Shown here one piece after another: positions 1-9,079 of a DNA stretch of 64,000 bases. Within the stretch, counting starts at the first letter, position 1. Each line of letters begins with the position of its first letter. Source of the stretch: an uncultured delta proteobacterium (lineage in GTDB: Bacteria > Myxococcota_A > UBA9160 > SZUA-336); contig CAVPHD010000007.1 of NCBI GenBank assembly GCA_963704165.1, positions 96,001 through 160,000 on the forward strand, in the 5' to 3' direction. The translations under genes were made by a program, and so were the position numbers. The notes under the pieces were generated by a model. It was not told where the DNA came from and ran no database searches. It saw only the letters and a list, made by a program, of their open reading frames with translations.

Positions 1-1136
1 GCGCCCGTCAGCGTGGCCAGGTCGATGATCGCGTCGGGTTTGTAGCTCGTGGCGTGGTGCAGAGCGTCGGAGAGCACGATGCGGCCCTCGGCGTCCGTGT
101 TCAGAACCTCGATCGTCTTGCCCTGTGCGCTTCGGATGATGTCGCCCGGCACGTAGGCATTGCCGTCGGGCATGTTTTGCGCGGCGGCGACGATGCCGAT
201 CACGTGGCAGGGCAGGTCGAGCAGTGCGACGGCGCGCATCGCACCGAGCACGGCCGCGCCACCGGACATGTCGTGCTTCATCTCGTCCATGCTCGCCGAT
301 GGCTTGATCGAGATCCCGCCGGAGTCGAACGTGATGGCCTTGCCGACGAACGCGAGCCGCGGGCGCTTGCGCGCGGATTTTGCGGGCGCCCCGTGCTCGA
401 GAACGATCAGCCGCGGCGGGTGGGCGCTTCCGCGGCCGACGGTGAGGATCCCGGCCATTTTCTCGCGCTCGAGCTCCTTCTCCGCGAAGACCGTGACCTT
501 GAGACCATTCGCGCGTCCGAGCTTTCGCGCCTCGGATGCCAGGTGTTCCGGAGTGCAGGTCGCGCCCGGCTCGTTCGACAGATCGCGTGCGAAATTCGCC
601 GACTCCGCGAGAACCTGTCCGAGCTTTGCGCCGCGGCGCAGAGCCGCGAGCTGGCGCGCGTCCGGTGCGAGCAGCGTGATTCCCTCGAGGGTGGGTGGAC
701 GATCGTTCCCGCTCTTGTACTTGTCGAAGCGGTACGCGCCGAGCACGAAACCCTCGACCAGCGCCCGAGCGCCTTCCTCTGCCTTCACTCGTCGGAAGGT
801 GGGGACGACGAGCGCGCCGCGCTTGGCCTTGGCGCGAGCGAGCGCCTTGGCGGCCCGCCCGGCCGCAGCCCGCAGAGACTCGGCCGTCAGCTCCTTCTCG
901 TCGCCGAGTCCGACGAGTACGAGGCGCTTGGCGGCGATTCCCGACACCGGAAACGAGAGCACCTCGCTCGACTTCCCGGTGAAGTCACCCGCCGCGTAGA
1001 CGCGCGCGACCACGCCCCCGACCGAATCGTCGAGCGCACTCAGTGCGCGCGGTGGAGCATCGGATTTGGTGAGCGGGATCACGACCGCGTCTCCACTCGC
1101 GACGGTCGCATCTTTGCGTTGGATTTCGATCTGCAT
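1..1136 (-). CDS. pepA: Leucyl aminopeptidase (M17 family), 3' end runs off the window
   Basis: Not in the ORF track; translated by hand from ATG at 1136 (GAGGGGG SD upstream). Contains GKAITFDSGGISIKP, MKHDMSGAA and EVLNTDAEGR M17 motifs. Confidence 0.95.
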   Translation of the reverse strand, partial: MQIEIQRKDATVASGDAVVIPLTKSDAPPRALSALDDSVGGVVARVYAAGDFTGKSSEVLSFPVSGIAAKRLVLVGLGDEKELTAESLRAAAGRAAKALARAKAKRGALVVPTFRRVKAEEGARALVEGFVLGAYRFDKYKSGNDRPPTLEGITLLAPDARQLAALRRGAKLGQVLAESANFARDLSNEPGATCTPEHLASEARKLGRANGLKVTVFAEKELEREKMAGILTVGRGSAHPPRLIVLEHGAPAKSARKRPRLAFVGKAITFDSGGISIKPSASMDEMKHDMSGGAAVLGAMRAVALLDLPCHVIGIVAAAQNMPDGNAYVPGDIIRSAQGKTIEVLNTDAEGRIVLSDALHHATSYKPDAIIDLATLTG

Positions 1137-1200
1137 GCGTCCCCCCCTCGAACGTATTTCGGCGAGAAGCTCCGAGCTTAGCGCGTATGCGTGCAATCCG

Positions 1201-1229
1201 TTGACGCGTCGATGGCTGACGAGTAGCTT
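1201..1229 (+). promoter_or_regulatory. sigma70-type promoter of the tol-pal operon
   Basis: TTGACG-N17-TAGCTT in the divergent pepA/tolQ gap. Confidence 0.6.
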
Positions 1230-1291
1230 CCGACGGCCCCGCCAGCTCCGTCCCAAAGCTGCGCGATTCCTCTCCCCGGGGTTCCGACTGC

Positions 1292-1954
1292 ATGCTCGAC
1301 TACATATTGGGTTCGAGTCCCGTCGTCTCCGCCGTGCTTCTGCTCCTGATCCTCGCGTCGATTTCGTCGTGGGCGATTCTGGTGATGAAGTTCCGTGAGC
1401 TTCGGGCCGCGGACCAAGACACGGAAGAGTTCATCGAGGCCTACCTCGAGAGCCCCATCGAGACCGCCTACGAAGTCGCCCGCCGTCACACCGCGAGTCC
1501 GCTCGCGTCCGTGTTCAAGTCCGGCTACACGGAGATCGCCCGGCTCGAGAAGATGCAGGGAGCGCACGGGCACGTAACGAGGGACCAGGTCGACGGCGTC
1601 GTCAGTCGCCTCGGCTGGATTCGCGGCGAGGAGATGCACCGGCTCGAGCGCGGTCTGTCGTTTCTCGCGACGGTCGCGAGCTCGGGTCCGTTCGTCGGCC
1701 TGTTCGGGACCGTGGTCGGAATCATGAACTCGTTCGAGGCGATCGGCGCGTCGGGCTCGGCGAGCCTTGCGGTCGTCGCGCCCGGAATCGCCGAGGCGCT
1801 GGTCGCAACGGCGGTTGGACTGTTCGCCGCGATCCCCGCTGCGGTCGGCTACAACTACTCGAGCGCGCGCCTGAATCGGCTCTCGGCGCGGCTCGAGACC
1901 TTCTGTCTGGAGTTCTGCGACCAGCTTCGCCGCACGTCGGTGAAGGCGGCATGA
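1292..1954 (+). CDS. tolQ: Tol-Pal protein TolQ (MotA/TolQ/ExbB)
   Basis: FLATVASSGPFVGLFGTVVGIM and VAPGIAEALVATA motifs; first gene of the tol cluster. Confidence 0.93.
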   Translation: MLDYILGSSPVVSAVLLLLILASISSWAILVMKFRELRAADQDTEEFIEAYLESPIETAYEVARRHTASPLASVFKSGYTEIARLEKMQGAHGHVTRDQVDGVVSRLGWIRGEEMHRLERGLSFLATVASSGPFVGLFGTVVGIMNSFEAIGASGSASLAVVAPGIAEALVATAVGLFAAIPAAVGYNYSSARLNRLSARLETFCLEFCDQLRRTSVKAA

Positions 1955-2361
1955 ACGTCGCCGACGGTCGGGGTCCGAAGCGCCAGCTCTCCGAGATCAA
2001 CGTGACGCCCTTCGTCGACGTCATGTTGGTGCTCTTGATCATCTTCATGGTGACCGCGCCGCTGATGCAGCAGGGAATCGATGTCGAGCTCCCCAAGACG
2101 CAGTCGCAAGGACTGCGCTCGGACAACCAACCCCTCGTGGTCACGGTGAAGCGAGAGGGGCAGGTCTTCGTCCAAAACGCCGAGGTCCCGATCGACCAGC
2201 TCGGAGCCAAGCTCCAAGCCATCTTCGACACACGTGAGGATCGACTCGTGTATCTGCGGGCGGACTCGAAGGTCGCGTATGGAACGGTGGCGAAGGCCCT
2301 GGCCATCCTGCGCGGCGCCGGAGCCACGAGCATCGGCATGGTGACCGAGCCCGAGGCGTGA
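1951..2361 (+). CDS. tolR: Tol-Pal protein TolR (ExbD/TolR)
   Basis: EINVTPFVDVMLVLLIIFMVTAP and LRAD motifs; ATGA overlap with tolQ. Confidence 0.93.
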   Translation: MNVADGRGPKRQLSEINVTPFVDVMLVLLIIFMVTAPLMQQGIDVELPKTQSQGLRSDNQPLVVTVKREGQVFVQNAEVPIDQLGAKLQAIFDTREDRLVYLRADSKVAYGTVAKALAILRGAGATSIGMVTEPEA

Positions 2362-3110
2362 CTTCATCCTATGCCCCAGTCGAGGGCCTGCTCGAGAGCC
2401 GAACGTTCCGACGCTTCCTCGCGTTCTCACTCGCGGGTCACGTCGTGCTGTTTCTTGCTCTGACCTTGCGTCCGCACCGGAGCGCGATGGTGATCTCGCC
2501 GTCGCCGGTCATGGTGAACATGGTCGACGTTCCGAAACCGGCGGCCGCTCCACCGGCTCGGAAGCCCGCTGCCAAGGCGCCACCGCCCAAGCCGGTCGCG
2601 AAGCCGGAGCCGCCGAAGCCCAAGCCGAAGGTGAACGAGGTCGTGATTCCGAAGGAACCCGCGCCGTTGGCGGCCAAGCCCAAGCCGGCGGCGAAGCCCG
2701 AGCCCGCGCCGAAGTCCGCGGAGGAGCTGCTCGCCGAGCTCACCAAGAAGGTCGAGGCTCGCAATCCACCGTCGGAACTCGCGGCGCCGTCCGAGCCGCC
2801 TGGCCCGGCCGCTCCGATGGTCGGCGGGCCCGGGGTCTTCGATCCCGTTCTCTCTCCCTGGGTGGCCCGAGTGCGGACGGTGGTGCACTCGAACTGGTCC
2901 GGGGCCCAGCTCTGCAAGGGCGTGCCGGTCTTCACGCTCGAGGTCGGGGAGAACGGTGCTCTCCGAGATCTCCAGCTCGCGCAGTCCTCCGGAGATCGCT
3001 ACTGCGACGAGTCGGCCGAGCGTGCGATTCGCAAATCCGATCCGCTGCCCGCCCCGCCACGCGGTGCACTCGCGCTCGAACTCGGCATGAGTCTGAAGGA
3101 CACGCTGTGA
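2358..3110 (+). CDS. tolA: TolA/TonB-like protein
   Basis: N-terminal TM helix with SxxxH (SLAGH), Pro/Lys-rich linker, TonB_C-like end (SSGDRYCDESAERAI..PLPAPP); lies between tolR and tolB. Confidence 0.85.
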   Translation: MTSSYAPVEGLLESRTFRRFLAFSLAGHVVLFLALTLRPHRSAMVISPSPVMVNMVDVPKPAAAPPARKPAAKAPPPKPVAKPEPPKPKPKVNEVVIPKEPAPLAAKPKPAAKPEPAPKSAEELLAELTKKVEARNPPSELAAPSEPPGPAAPMVGGPGVFDPVLSPWVARVRTVVHSNWSGAQLCKGVPVFTLEVGENGALRDLQLAQSSGDRYCDESAERAIRKSDPLPAPPRGALALELGMSLKDTL

Positions 3111-4408
3111 TACGACGCCTCCTGCTGCTCTCGTTCCTGCTCTCGCTGGCCGTTCCCGCGTCGGCCCAGCGGATCCGCGTCGATGTGACGGGTTCTCAGC
3201 GCGCGATACCGGTGGCGGTTCAGCGGTTCGCCGCGGATCCGGCGGCTGGTGCCATCCCTGAGGAGTTCTATCACGCGCTGATTGCCGGACTCGATTTCTC
3301 GAGCGTAGCCGTGCACGTGAATCCCGACGCCTTCGTCGAACCGACGGTGACGCGGGATTTCGAGTCGCCCGCCGTACCCTGCGAGAACTGGCGTGCCATC
3401 GGCGCCGAGGGTCTCGTGCAGGGCGAGCTGCGCGTGATTCAGGGGAAGGTGCAGTCGCGTTTTCGCGTCTGGGACACAGCTCGGTGTCGTCTGCTCGGCG
3501 ATGTCGCGTTTCGAGAGCGTGATCGCGCCGACCTGGGACTGCTCGCCCGCCTCGTCGCGGACGACATCGTCGAGCGATTCTCCGGCCGACGTGGCGTCTC
3601 CTCGACCGAGATCGCGTTCGTTTCCGACAACGGACGGCGCAACAAAGAGATCTGGGTGATGGCGGCCGACGGTTCGGGAAAGCGACGCGTCACGAACAAC
3701 GGCTCGATCAATCTCTTTCCCGCGTGGTCTCCCGATGGGAAGGCGCTCGTCTACACGTCTTTCAAGGCGGGTATGTCGGAGCTCTTCCTCCTCTACCGAG
3801 GGAACCGCCCGGGCGTGCGGCTGATCAACACGAAGGACGAGAAATACCGCGGAGTCTGGCAGCCGAACGGCGGTCGTATCGCGGTGGTGGTCGCTCGCAA
3901 GGGATCGGACACCGACATCTACTCGGTGGCGGGAAACGGCTCGGGTCCCGTACGCTTGACCGACTCGCGCGCGATCGAAACGTCGCCGACGTTCTCACCC
4001 GACGGACGCAGGATGGCGTTCGTCTCCGATCGCGGCGGGAATCCGCAGGTCTGGATCAAGGACCTCGATACCGGCGAAGAGCGCCGTCTCACGTTCAGTG
4101 GCGTGTACAACTCGAGTCCGGCATGGTCGCCGACCGGCGAGTGGATCGCCTACGCCGCGCAGGCCGGGAACAACTTCGACATCTACCTGATCAACCCCGA
4201 GGGCACATTCACGACGCCGCTCGTCACGCACGCCCGCAGTGACGAGGATCCGGCCTGGTCGGCCGATGGCCGCAAGCTCGGTTTCAGCTCGAACCGGCGA
4301 GGTCGGAAGGAGATCTACCGGGTCGACATCGACGGCCGGAACGTGACGCTCTTGACCGATGGCTTCGGGAACTCCACCAACCCGTCGTGGTCGAACTGGC
4401 TAGACTAG
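3107..4408 (+). CDS. tolB: Tol-Pal beta-propeller protein TolB
   Basis: Signal peptide, TolB_N-like domain, repeated PAWSPDG/PTFSPDG PD40 blades. Confidence 0.93.
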   Translation: MIRRLLLLSFLLSLAVPASAQRIRVDVTGSQRAIPVAVQRFAADPAAGAIPEEFYHALIAGLDFSSVAVHVNPDAFVEPTVTRDFESPAVPCENWRAIGAEGLVQGELRVIQGKVQSRFRVWDTARCRLLGDVAFRERDRADLGLLARLVADDIVERFSGRRGVSSTEIAFVSDNGRRNKEIWVMAADGSGKRRVTNNGSINLFPAWSPDGKALVYTSFKAGMSELFLLYRGNRPGVRLINTKDEKYRGVWQPNGGRIAVVVARKGSDTDIYSVAGNGSGPVRLTDSRAIETSPTFSPDGRRMAFVSDRGGNPQVWIKDLDTGEERRLTFSGVYNSSPAWSPTGEWIAYAAQAGNNFDIYLINPEGTFTTPLVTHARSDEDPAWSADGRKLGFSSNRRGRKEIYRVDIDGRNVTLLTDGFGNSTNPSWSNWLD

Positions 4409-4544
4409 TTCGCGGATGGGGTTTCGTAGCCAAATCCAGAATCCGTTTGCATATGCGCGGATTACCGGGTAGAGAATGCACCGATTTTTGTGTCGTGATC
4501 CGTCACAGGATTGTGCTTTGGATCACAGAATAGGAGGGTCTAGG

Positions 4545-5018
4545 GTGGTGAAGCGAGTATTTGGGCTGGCGTTGGTGGTGGTCGCGTTCGCGGCATGCGC
4601 GAAGACGCCGCCGGCGGCACCGAGCGACAAGTCCGGCTTCGGGTCCGAGGCGCCGACGAGTCGCCCGGCATCGGGCATGGGTGACAACAGTGCGTTCCGC
4701 AGCGTCTATTTCGACTTCGATCGGTCGGATCTGACGGCTGACGCGCGCGCTGGGCTTCAGGCCAATTCCAGCTACCTGAAGGCCAACTCGGGCGTGGCGA
4801 TCACGATCGAGGGGCACTGCGACGAGCGAGGCAGCGCCGAGTACAACCTGGCTCTCGGCAAGCGCCGCGCCGACGCCGCCTACAAGTACCTCGCGGACCT
4901 CGGCATCGAGAGTTCGCGCATGACGACGGTCAGCTACGGCAAGGAGCGCCCGGCCGTCGAGGGGCACAACGAACTGGCTTGGGCGAAGAATCGCCGCGAC
5001 GACTTCAAAGTTCGCTGA
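4545..5018 (+). CDS. pal: Peptidoglycan-associated lipoprotein Pal
   Basis: Start moved to GTG 4545 behind GGAGG. Lipobox FAAC; VYFDFD, IEGHCDERGSAEYNLALG, SYGKERP and KNRR motifs. Confidence 0.95.
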   Translation: MVKRVFGLALVVVAFAACAKTPPAAPSDKSGFGSEAPTSRPASGMGDNSAFRSVYFDFDRSDLTADARAGLQANSSYLKANSGVAITIEGHCDERGSAEYNLALGKRRADAAYKYLADLGIESSRMTTVSYGKERPAVEGHNELAWAKNRRDDFKVR

Positions 5019-5019
5019 T

Positions 5020-5814
5020 TTGGGTCGAGCCGCCCTCCGCCGCGCGCTAGCGCTCGGCGCGTCGACCTTGCTCTGCGCTTGCGTCACCGTTCCGGAGTTT
5101 CAATCGCTCCGGCGCGATGTCGATCAGTTGAAGCGGAGCAGGGCCAGCGCGCCGGCGCCGGCGGACCCTTGGACCGGCAAGCCGGCCGCCGGGGGGGATC
5201 GGTTGGCGGAGCAGGGTGCGGAGCTCGCCGCGCTTCAGGCGGAGGTTGCGAACCTTCGGGGCGAGCTCGGGGAACTGCGTCGGCAGGTCGAGCAGGGTGG
5301 AAGGTCCGCATCGCCGGTGGCGGGTACTGGACCGGAGGCGGGTAGCGCTGCTGCGGCTCCTTCGCCACCGACGGGGGGCGAGACGGCGACTCCGGACGAG
5401 AGAAGCGCGCCGCCCGAAGAGATCCGTGACTACGAAGAGGCCTTCCGGCGCTATCGAGCCGCGGACTACGCTGGAGCCATTGACCGCTTTCAGGTGTTCC
5501 TACAAACTCACCCGTCCTCCGATTACGCGGACAACGCGCTCTTCTGGATGGGCGAGTCGTACTTCAAGATGAGCGACTACGAGCAGGCGGCTGTGGCGTT
5601 CGACAAGGTCGTGAAGCGCTTCCCGAACGGAAACAAGGTGCCGGATGCGCTCTACCGACAGGGCGTCTCGCTGCTCGAAATCGGCACTCGCACCAAGCAA
5701 GAGAAGACGTACACGCCGGCCGCTTGCCAGATCTTTCGGAGGATCACAGACGAGTTCCCGAATTCGGATCGGGTTCCCGAAGCCCGCAGGCAGCTGGAGA
5801 AGTGCTCAACGTGA
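5020..5814 (+). CDS. cpoB: CpoB/YbgF TPR protein (lipoprotein-type)
   Basis: Lipobox LCAC, coiled coil, TPRs (YADNALFWMGESY, KVPDALY); follows pal. Confidence 0.88.
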   Translation: MGRAALRRALALGASTLLCACVTVPEFQSLRRDVDQLKRSRASAPAPADPWTGKPAAGGDRLAEQGAELAALQAEVANLRGELGELRRQVEQGGRSASPVAGTGPEAGSAAAAPSPPTGGETATPDERSAPPEEIRDYEEAFRRYRAADYAGAIDRFQVFLQTHPSSDYADNALFWMGESYFKMSDYEQAAVAFDKVVKRFPNGNKVPDALYRQGVSLLEIGTRTKQEKTYTPAACQIFRRITDEFPNSDRVPEARRQLEKCST

Positions 5815-6164
5815 AGAAGACCGACCAGAAGAAGTTCCAGAAGATGTTGATCGAGCAGCGTGATCGGCTCGTCGTCAATGCGCGACGCGCGCTGAGCGGC
5901 GACATCCATCTCGATCCCGACGACTTCTCCGACGAGATCGACTCGGCGTCGGCCGAGAGCGGTCTCGCGTTCGTCGGCCGGCTTCGCGAGCGCGAACGGG
6001 CGCTCTTGCAGAAGATCGAGGCGTCTCTCGCGAAGATCGAGGCGGGCACTTTCGGCACTTGCGTGTCGTGCGGCGAGGACATCGGATTGAAGCGCCTCGA
6101 GGCGCGCCCGGTCGCAAGCCTGTGCATCGACTGCAAGAGCCAGCAGGAGAAGCTCGAACACTGA
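5811..6164 (+). CDS. dksA: DksA/TraR C4 zinc-finger RNAP-binding factor
   Basis: GTG 5811 overlaps the cpoB stop; DEIDSA (DxxDxA) tip; CVSC...RLEARPVASLCIDCK. Confidence 0.9.
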   Translation: MKKTDQKKFQKMLIEQRDRLVVNARRALSGDIHLDPDDFSDEIDSASAESGLAFVGRLRERERALLQKIEASLAKIEAGTFGTCVSCGEDIGLKRLEARPVASLCIDCKSQQEKLEH

Positions 6165-6180
6165 GCTCTCGGGAGGCGCC

Positions 6181-7215
6181 ATGGCGCTGATCCTGGCGCT
6201 CGAGTCGTCGTGTGATGACCTCGCCGCCGCGGTCGTCCGCGACGGTGTCGAGGTTCTCGCCTCGGTCGTCCAGAGCCAGGACGCGGTGCATGCTCCGTAC
6301 GGCGGAGTCGTGCCCGAACTCGCGAGCCGCGATCACGTCCGGCACCTGCACGCGACGGTGAGCGAGGCGCTCGAGCGCTCGAGCGTCACGCTCGACGACA
6401 TCGATGCGATCGCGGTCACCTCCGGACCGGGTCTGATCGGATCTCTCCTCGTCGGTCTCTCGTTCGCGAAGGCGCTCGCGTACCGCACGCGCAAGCCCCT
6501 GGTGTCGGTGCACCACATCGAGGGGCACCTCGCGTCGGCGCGACTCGGCGAACGGCCGCTCGAGCTGCCGTACCTGGGCTTCGTCGTCTCCGGTGGCCAC
6601 ACCGCGCTCTACCGGGTCGATTCGCTCGCGTCCGTTCGTCTGCTCGGACAGACCCGCGACGATTCGGCAGGGGAGGCGTTCGACAAGGTCGCCAAGCGGC
6701 TCGGGCTTGGATATCCGGGTGGGCGCGAGGTGGACATCCACGCGCGGAGCGGACGGGCCGACGCGTTCGACTTCCCCCGTCCGATGCTGCGCGAGCCGAG
6801 CCTCGAGATGAGCTTCTCGGGCCTGAAGACGGCCGTGGCCCTGGAAGCCGCCCGGCTCGAGGCGCGCGCGGGCGGTGTGCTCCAAGTCGACGAGGTCTGC
6901 GACCTATGCGCTTCGTTCCAGGAGGCCGCGATCGACGTGCTGGTGGCGAAGGCGCGAAGTGCGCTCCTCCAATCCGGTCTCACACGCTTCGCTCTCGTCG
7001 GAGGGTTGGCCGCAAACTCGCGGCTGCGTGAGCGGATGAACGAGCTCGCCCTCGAAATCGGCATCGAAACCCACTTTCCGCCGCTGAAGTTGTGTACCGA
7101 CAACGCGGCGATGATCGCTGCGGTCGCGGACGGAATGCTGCGCGAGGGTCGCACGGCCGCCCTCGATCTCGAGGCGTTCTCGCGCGTACCGGTCGGTCGC
7201 ACGGACGCACCATAG
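6181..7215 (+). CDS. tsaD: tRNA N6-threonylcarbamoyltransferase TsaD
   Basis: LESSCDD, HHIEGH, VSGGHT, DDSAGEAFDK and CTDNAAMI motifs. Confidence 0.96.
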   Translation: MALILALESSCDDLAAAVVRDGVEVLASVVQSQDAVHAPYGGVVPELASRDHVRHLHATVSEALERSSVTLDDIDAIAVTSGPGLIGSLLVGLSFAKALAYRTRKPLVSVHHIEGHLASARLGERPLELPYLGFVVSGGHTALYRVDSLASVRLLGQTRDDSAGEAFDKVAKRLGLGYPGGREVDIHARSGRADAFDFPRPMLREPSLEMSFSGLKTAVALEAARLEARAGGVLQVDEVCDLCASFQEAAIDVLVAKARSALLQSGLTRFALVGGLAANSRLRERMNELALEIGIETHFPPLKLCTDNAAMIAAVADGMLREGRTAALDLEAFSRVPVGRTDAP

Positions 7216-8060
7216 CCTCCGAGCGACAGCGGCTCGCATCTCGCGGCCTCGCGCCGTCCCGTGCACGCGGCCAGAACTTCCTTCGCCGCCCCGAGCTCGC
7301 GACCCGGATCGTGTCACTCGTGGGTGTAGAGCCGGCCGACGCCGCGATCGAGATCGGTCCCGGCACCGGACAGCTGACGCGCGCGCTCGCACGCGTCGCG
7401 CGCCGAACGATCGCGCTCGAGGTCGATCGAGGACTCGTGCGCCTGCTCGCAGAAGAGACCGACCTGCCGGCGACCGTCGAGATCCGCGAGGCGGATGCAC
7501 TTCACGCCGACTTTCCCTCGCTCGTGCGCGAGCTGATCCCACCCGTCATCCTGATCGGGAATCTCCCCTACAGCGTCGCAGGCCGGTTGCTCGGAAACGT
7601 TCTCGCGCCGGACATCCCGTTCCGCCGCATGGGCTTCATGCTTCAAGCCGAAGTCGGAGACCGGCTGCTCGCCGAGCCCGCCACGCCGGCCTACGGTGTG
7701 CTCTCGGTCTACGCGCGGGTCTGGACGGTCGCTCGGCGCGTGCTCGAGCTTTCGCCGGAGGAATTCTCGCCGCGCCCGAAGGTGCGATCGAGCTTCCTGG
7801 TCTTCGAGCCGCGGGCCGACGGCCCGAGCGTCGCCGATCCTGCGCTGCTTCGGCGCGTCGTGCGCGCCGCGTTCCAGCAGCGCCGGAAGCAGCTCAAGCG
7901 TGCGTTGAAGACGGCGTTCCCGAAGGCCGAGGCGGGACTCGAAGCTGCCGGGATCGATGCGCATCGCCGAGGCGAGACGCTGGACGAGTTCGAGTTCGCG
8001 AGGTTGACCGAGGCGCTGTCGTCGGGCGCGCCGTTGACAGACCCCACATCTCGCCCGTAG
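7212..8060 (+). CDS. rsmA: 16S rRNA m6,2A dimethyltransferase RsmA/KsgA (start uncertain, probably ATA 7212)
   Basis: GQNFL, EIGPGTG, GNLPY, FSPRPKVRS and AFQQRRKQL motifs. No canonical in-frame start near the tsaD stop. Confidence 0.93.
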   Translation: MASERQRLASRGLAPSRARGQNFLRRPELATRIVSLVGVEPADAAIEIGPGTGQLTRALARVARRTIALEVDRGLVRLLAEETDLPATVEIREADALHADFPSLVRELIPPVILIGNLPYSVAGRLLGNVLAPDIPFRRMGFMLQAEVGDRLLAEPATPAYGVLSVYARVWTVARRVLELSPEEFSPRPKVRSSFLVFEPRADGPSVADPALLRRVVRAAFQQRRKQLKRALKTAFPKAEAGLEAAGIDAHRRGETLDEFEFARLTEALSSGAPLTDPTSRP

Positions 8061-8063
8061 GCT
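8034..8063 (+). promoter_or_regulatory. sigma70-type promoter for panBCD-smpB
   Basis: TTGACA(8034-8039)-N18-TAGGCT(8058-8063) at the end of rsmA. Confidence 0.6.
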
Positions 8064-8069
8064 CTGCGG

Positions 8070-8278
8070 CGTACGCTTCAGTCCGCATCGATAGAGCCTG
8101 GAAGCTGGGATCCCCATTCGGCGACACAAACGGGGACCGAGACCGAAGGCGCGCTGTTCGATGGGGATGGTGGTGCGACGAGCCCCGCCGTCCGCAGTCT
8201 GCACGCGAGAGCGGCTTCGATCTTCCAGCCTCGATCAGGTCGCTCGATTCGCTTGCGGGCCGCAGGAGGTGGAAGATG
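8070..8278 (+). ncRNA. Structured 5' leader of panB, candidate pan-motif-like cis-regulatory RNA
   Basis: ~200 nt untranslated leader with several mutually exclusive complementary segments; located where the pan RNA motif is known to occur. Confidence 0.5.
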
Positions 8279-9079
8279 AACGAAGCTCGGGTCACCGTTC
8301 CAGCGATCGCCCGCCGCAAGGCGCGCGGCGAGAAGATCGCGATGGTCACCGCGTACGACTTCGCGTTCGCCCGCATCTTCGATACGGCGGGCGTCGATGT
8401 GCTCCTCGTCGGCGACAGCCTCGGCAACGTCGTACAGGGGAACGAGACGACGTTGCCCGTGACGCTCGACGAGATGGTCTACCACACGCGGATGGTGAGC
8501 CGTGCGGCACGACGCGCCCTGGTCCTCGGCGACATGCCCTTCGGCAGCTACCACGCGGGCACCGAGCAGGCCGTCACGAGCGCCGTCCGACTGATGAAGG
8601 AGGGAGGCGCGCACGCGGTCAAGCTCGAAGGCGGTGAACGGGTCGCCGACCGGATCGAGGCGATCGCGCGCATGGAGATTCCGGTGATGGGACACGTCGG
8701 CCTGACACCGCAGTCGGTGCACCAGTTCGGCGGCTTCCGCGTACAGGGCCGCGGCGACGCCGGTCACGATCGCGTGCTGCGCGACGCGCGCGCCGTCGAG
8801 GCGGCCGGTGCCTTCGCGGTGGTGCTCGAGTGCGTTCCCAAGGAGCTGGCGAGCGAGATCACGCAGACCCTCTCGATTCCGACGATCGGCATCGGCGCCG
8901 GCGTCGGCTGCGACGGTCAAGTGCTCGTCATGCACGATCTGCTCGGCTTGGGGGACGCCCCGCCGCCTCGCTTCGTGCGCCAGTACGTGGCGCTCGGGGA
9001 GATCGCGCGTCGCGCGGTGGAGATGTGGTCTGACGACGTCCGCAATCAGAAGTTCCCGGGCGATGTTGAATCGTACTGA
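8276..9079 (+). CDS. panB: 3-methyl-2-oxobutanoate hydroxymethyltransferase
   Basis: TAYD, LLVGDSLG, VKLEGG, GHVGLTPQS and GIGAG..CDGQVLV motifs. Confidence 0.97.
   Translation: MNEARVTVPAIARRKARGEKIAMVTAYDFAFARIFDTAGVDVLLVGDSLGNVVQGNETTLPVTLDEMVYHTRMVSRAARRALVLGDMPFGSYHAGTEQAVTSAVRLMKEGGAHAVKLEGGERVADRIEAIARMEIPVMGHVGLTPQSVHQFGGFRVQGRGDAGHDRVLRDARAVEAAGAFAVVLECVPKELASEITQTLSIPTIGIGAGVGCDGQVLVMHDLLGLGDAPPPRFVRQYVALGEIARRAVEMWSDDVRNQKFPGDVESY

Noticed and set aside
54..1181. Long + strand ORFs of 375 and 279 aa
   Set aside because: Antisense shadows of pepA. The same applies to most long Arg/Ala/Pro-rich overlapping ORFs in the track (e.g. 21911-25051, 43882-46557, 50629-52902), which arise from high GC.
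2540..2720. Short repeats (aagccc/aagccg) suggesting a tandem repeat or array
   Set aside because: Simply the Pro/Lys/Ala-rich TolA linker; no CRISPR-like repeat-spacer structure was seen in the window.
8095..8170. Possible tRNA between rsmA and panB
   Set aside because: No T-arm consensus or cloverleaf; better explained as the panB leader.
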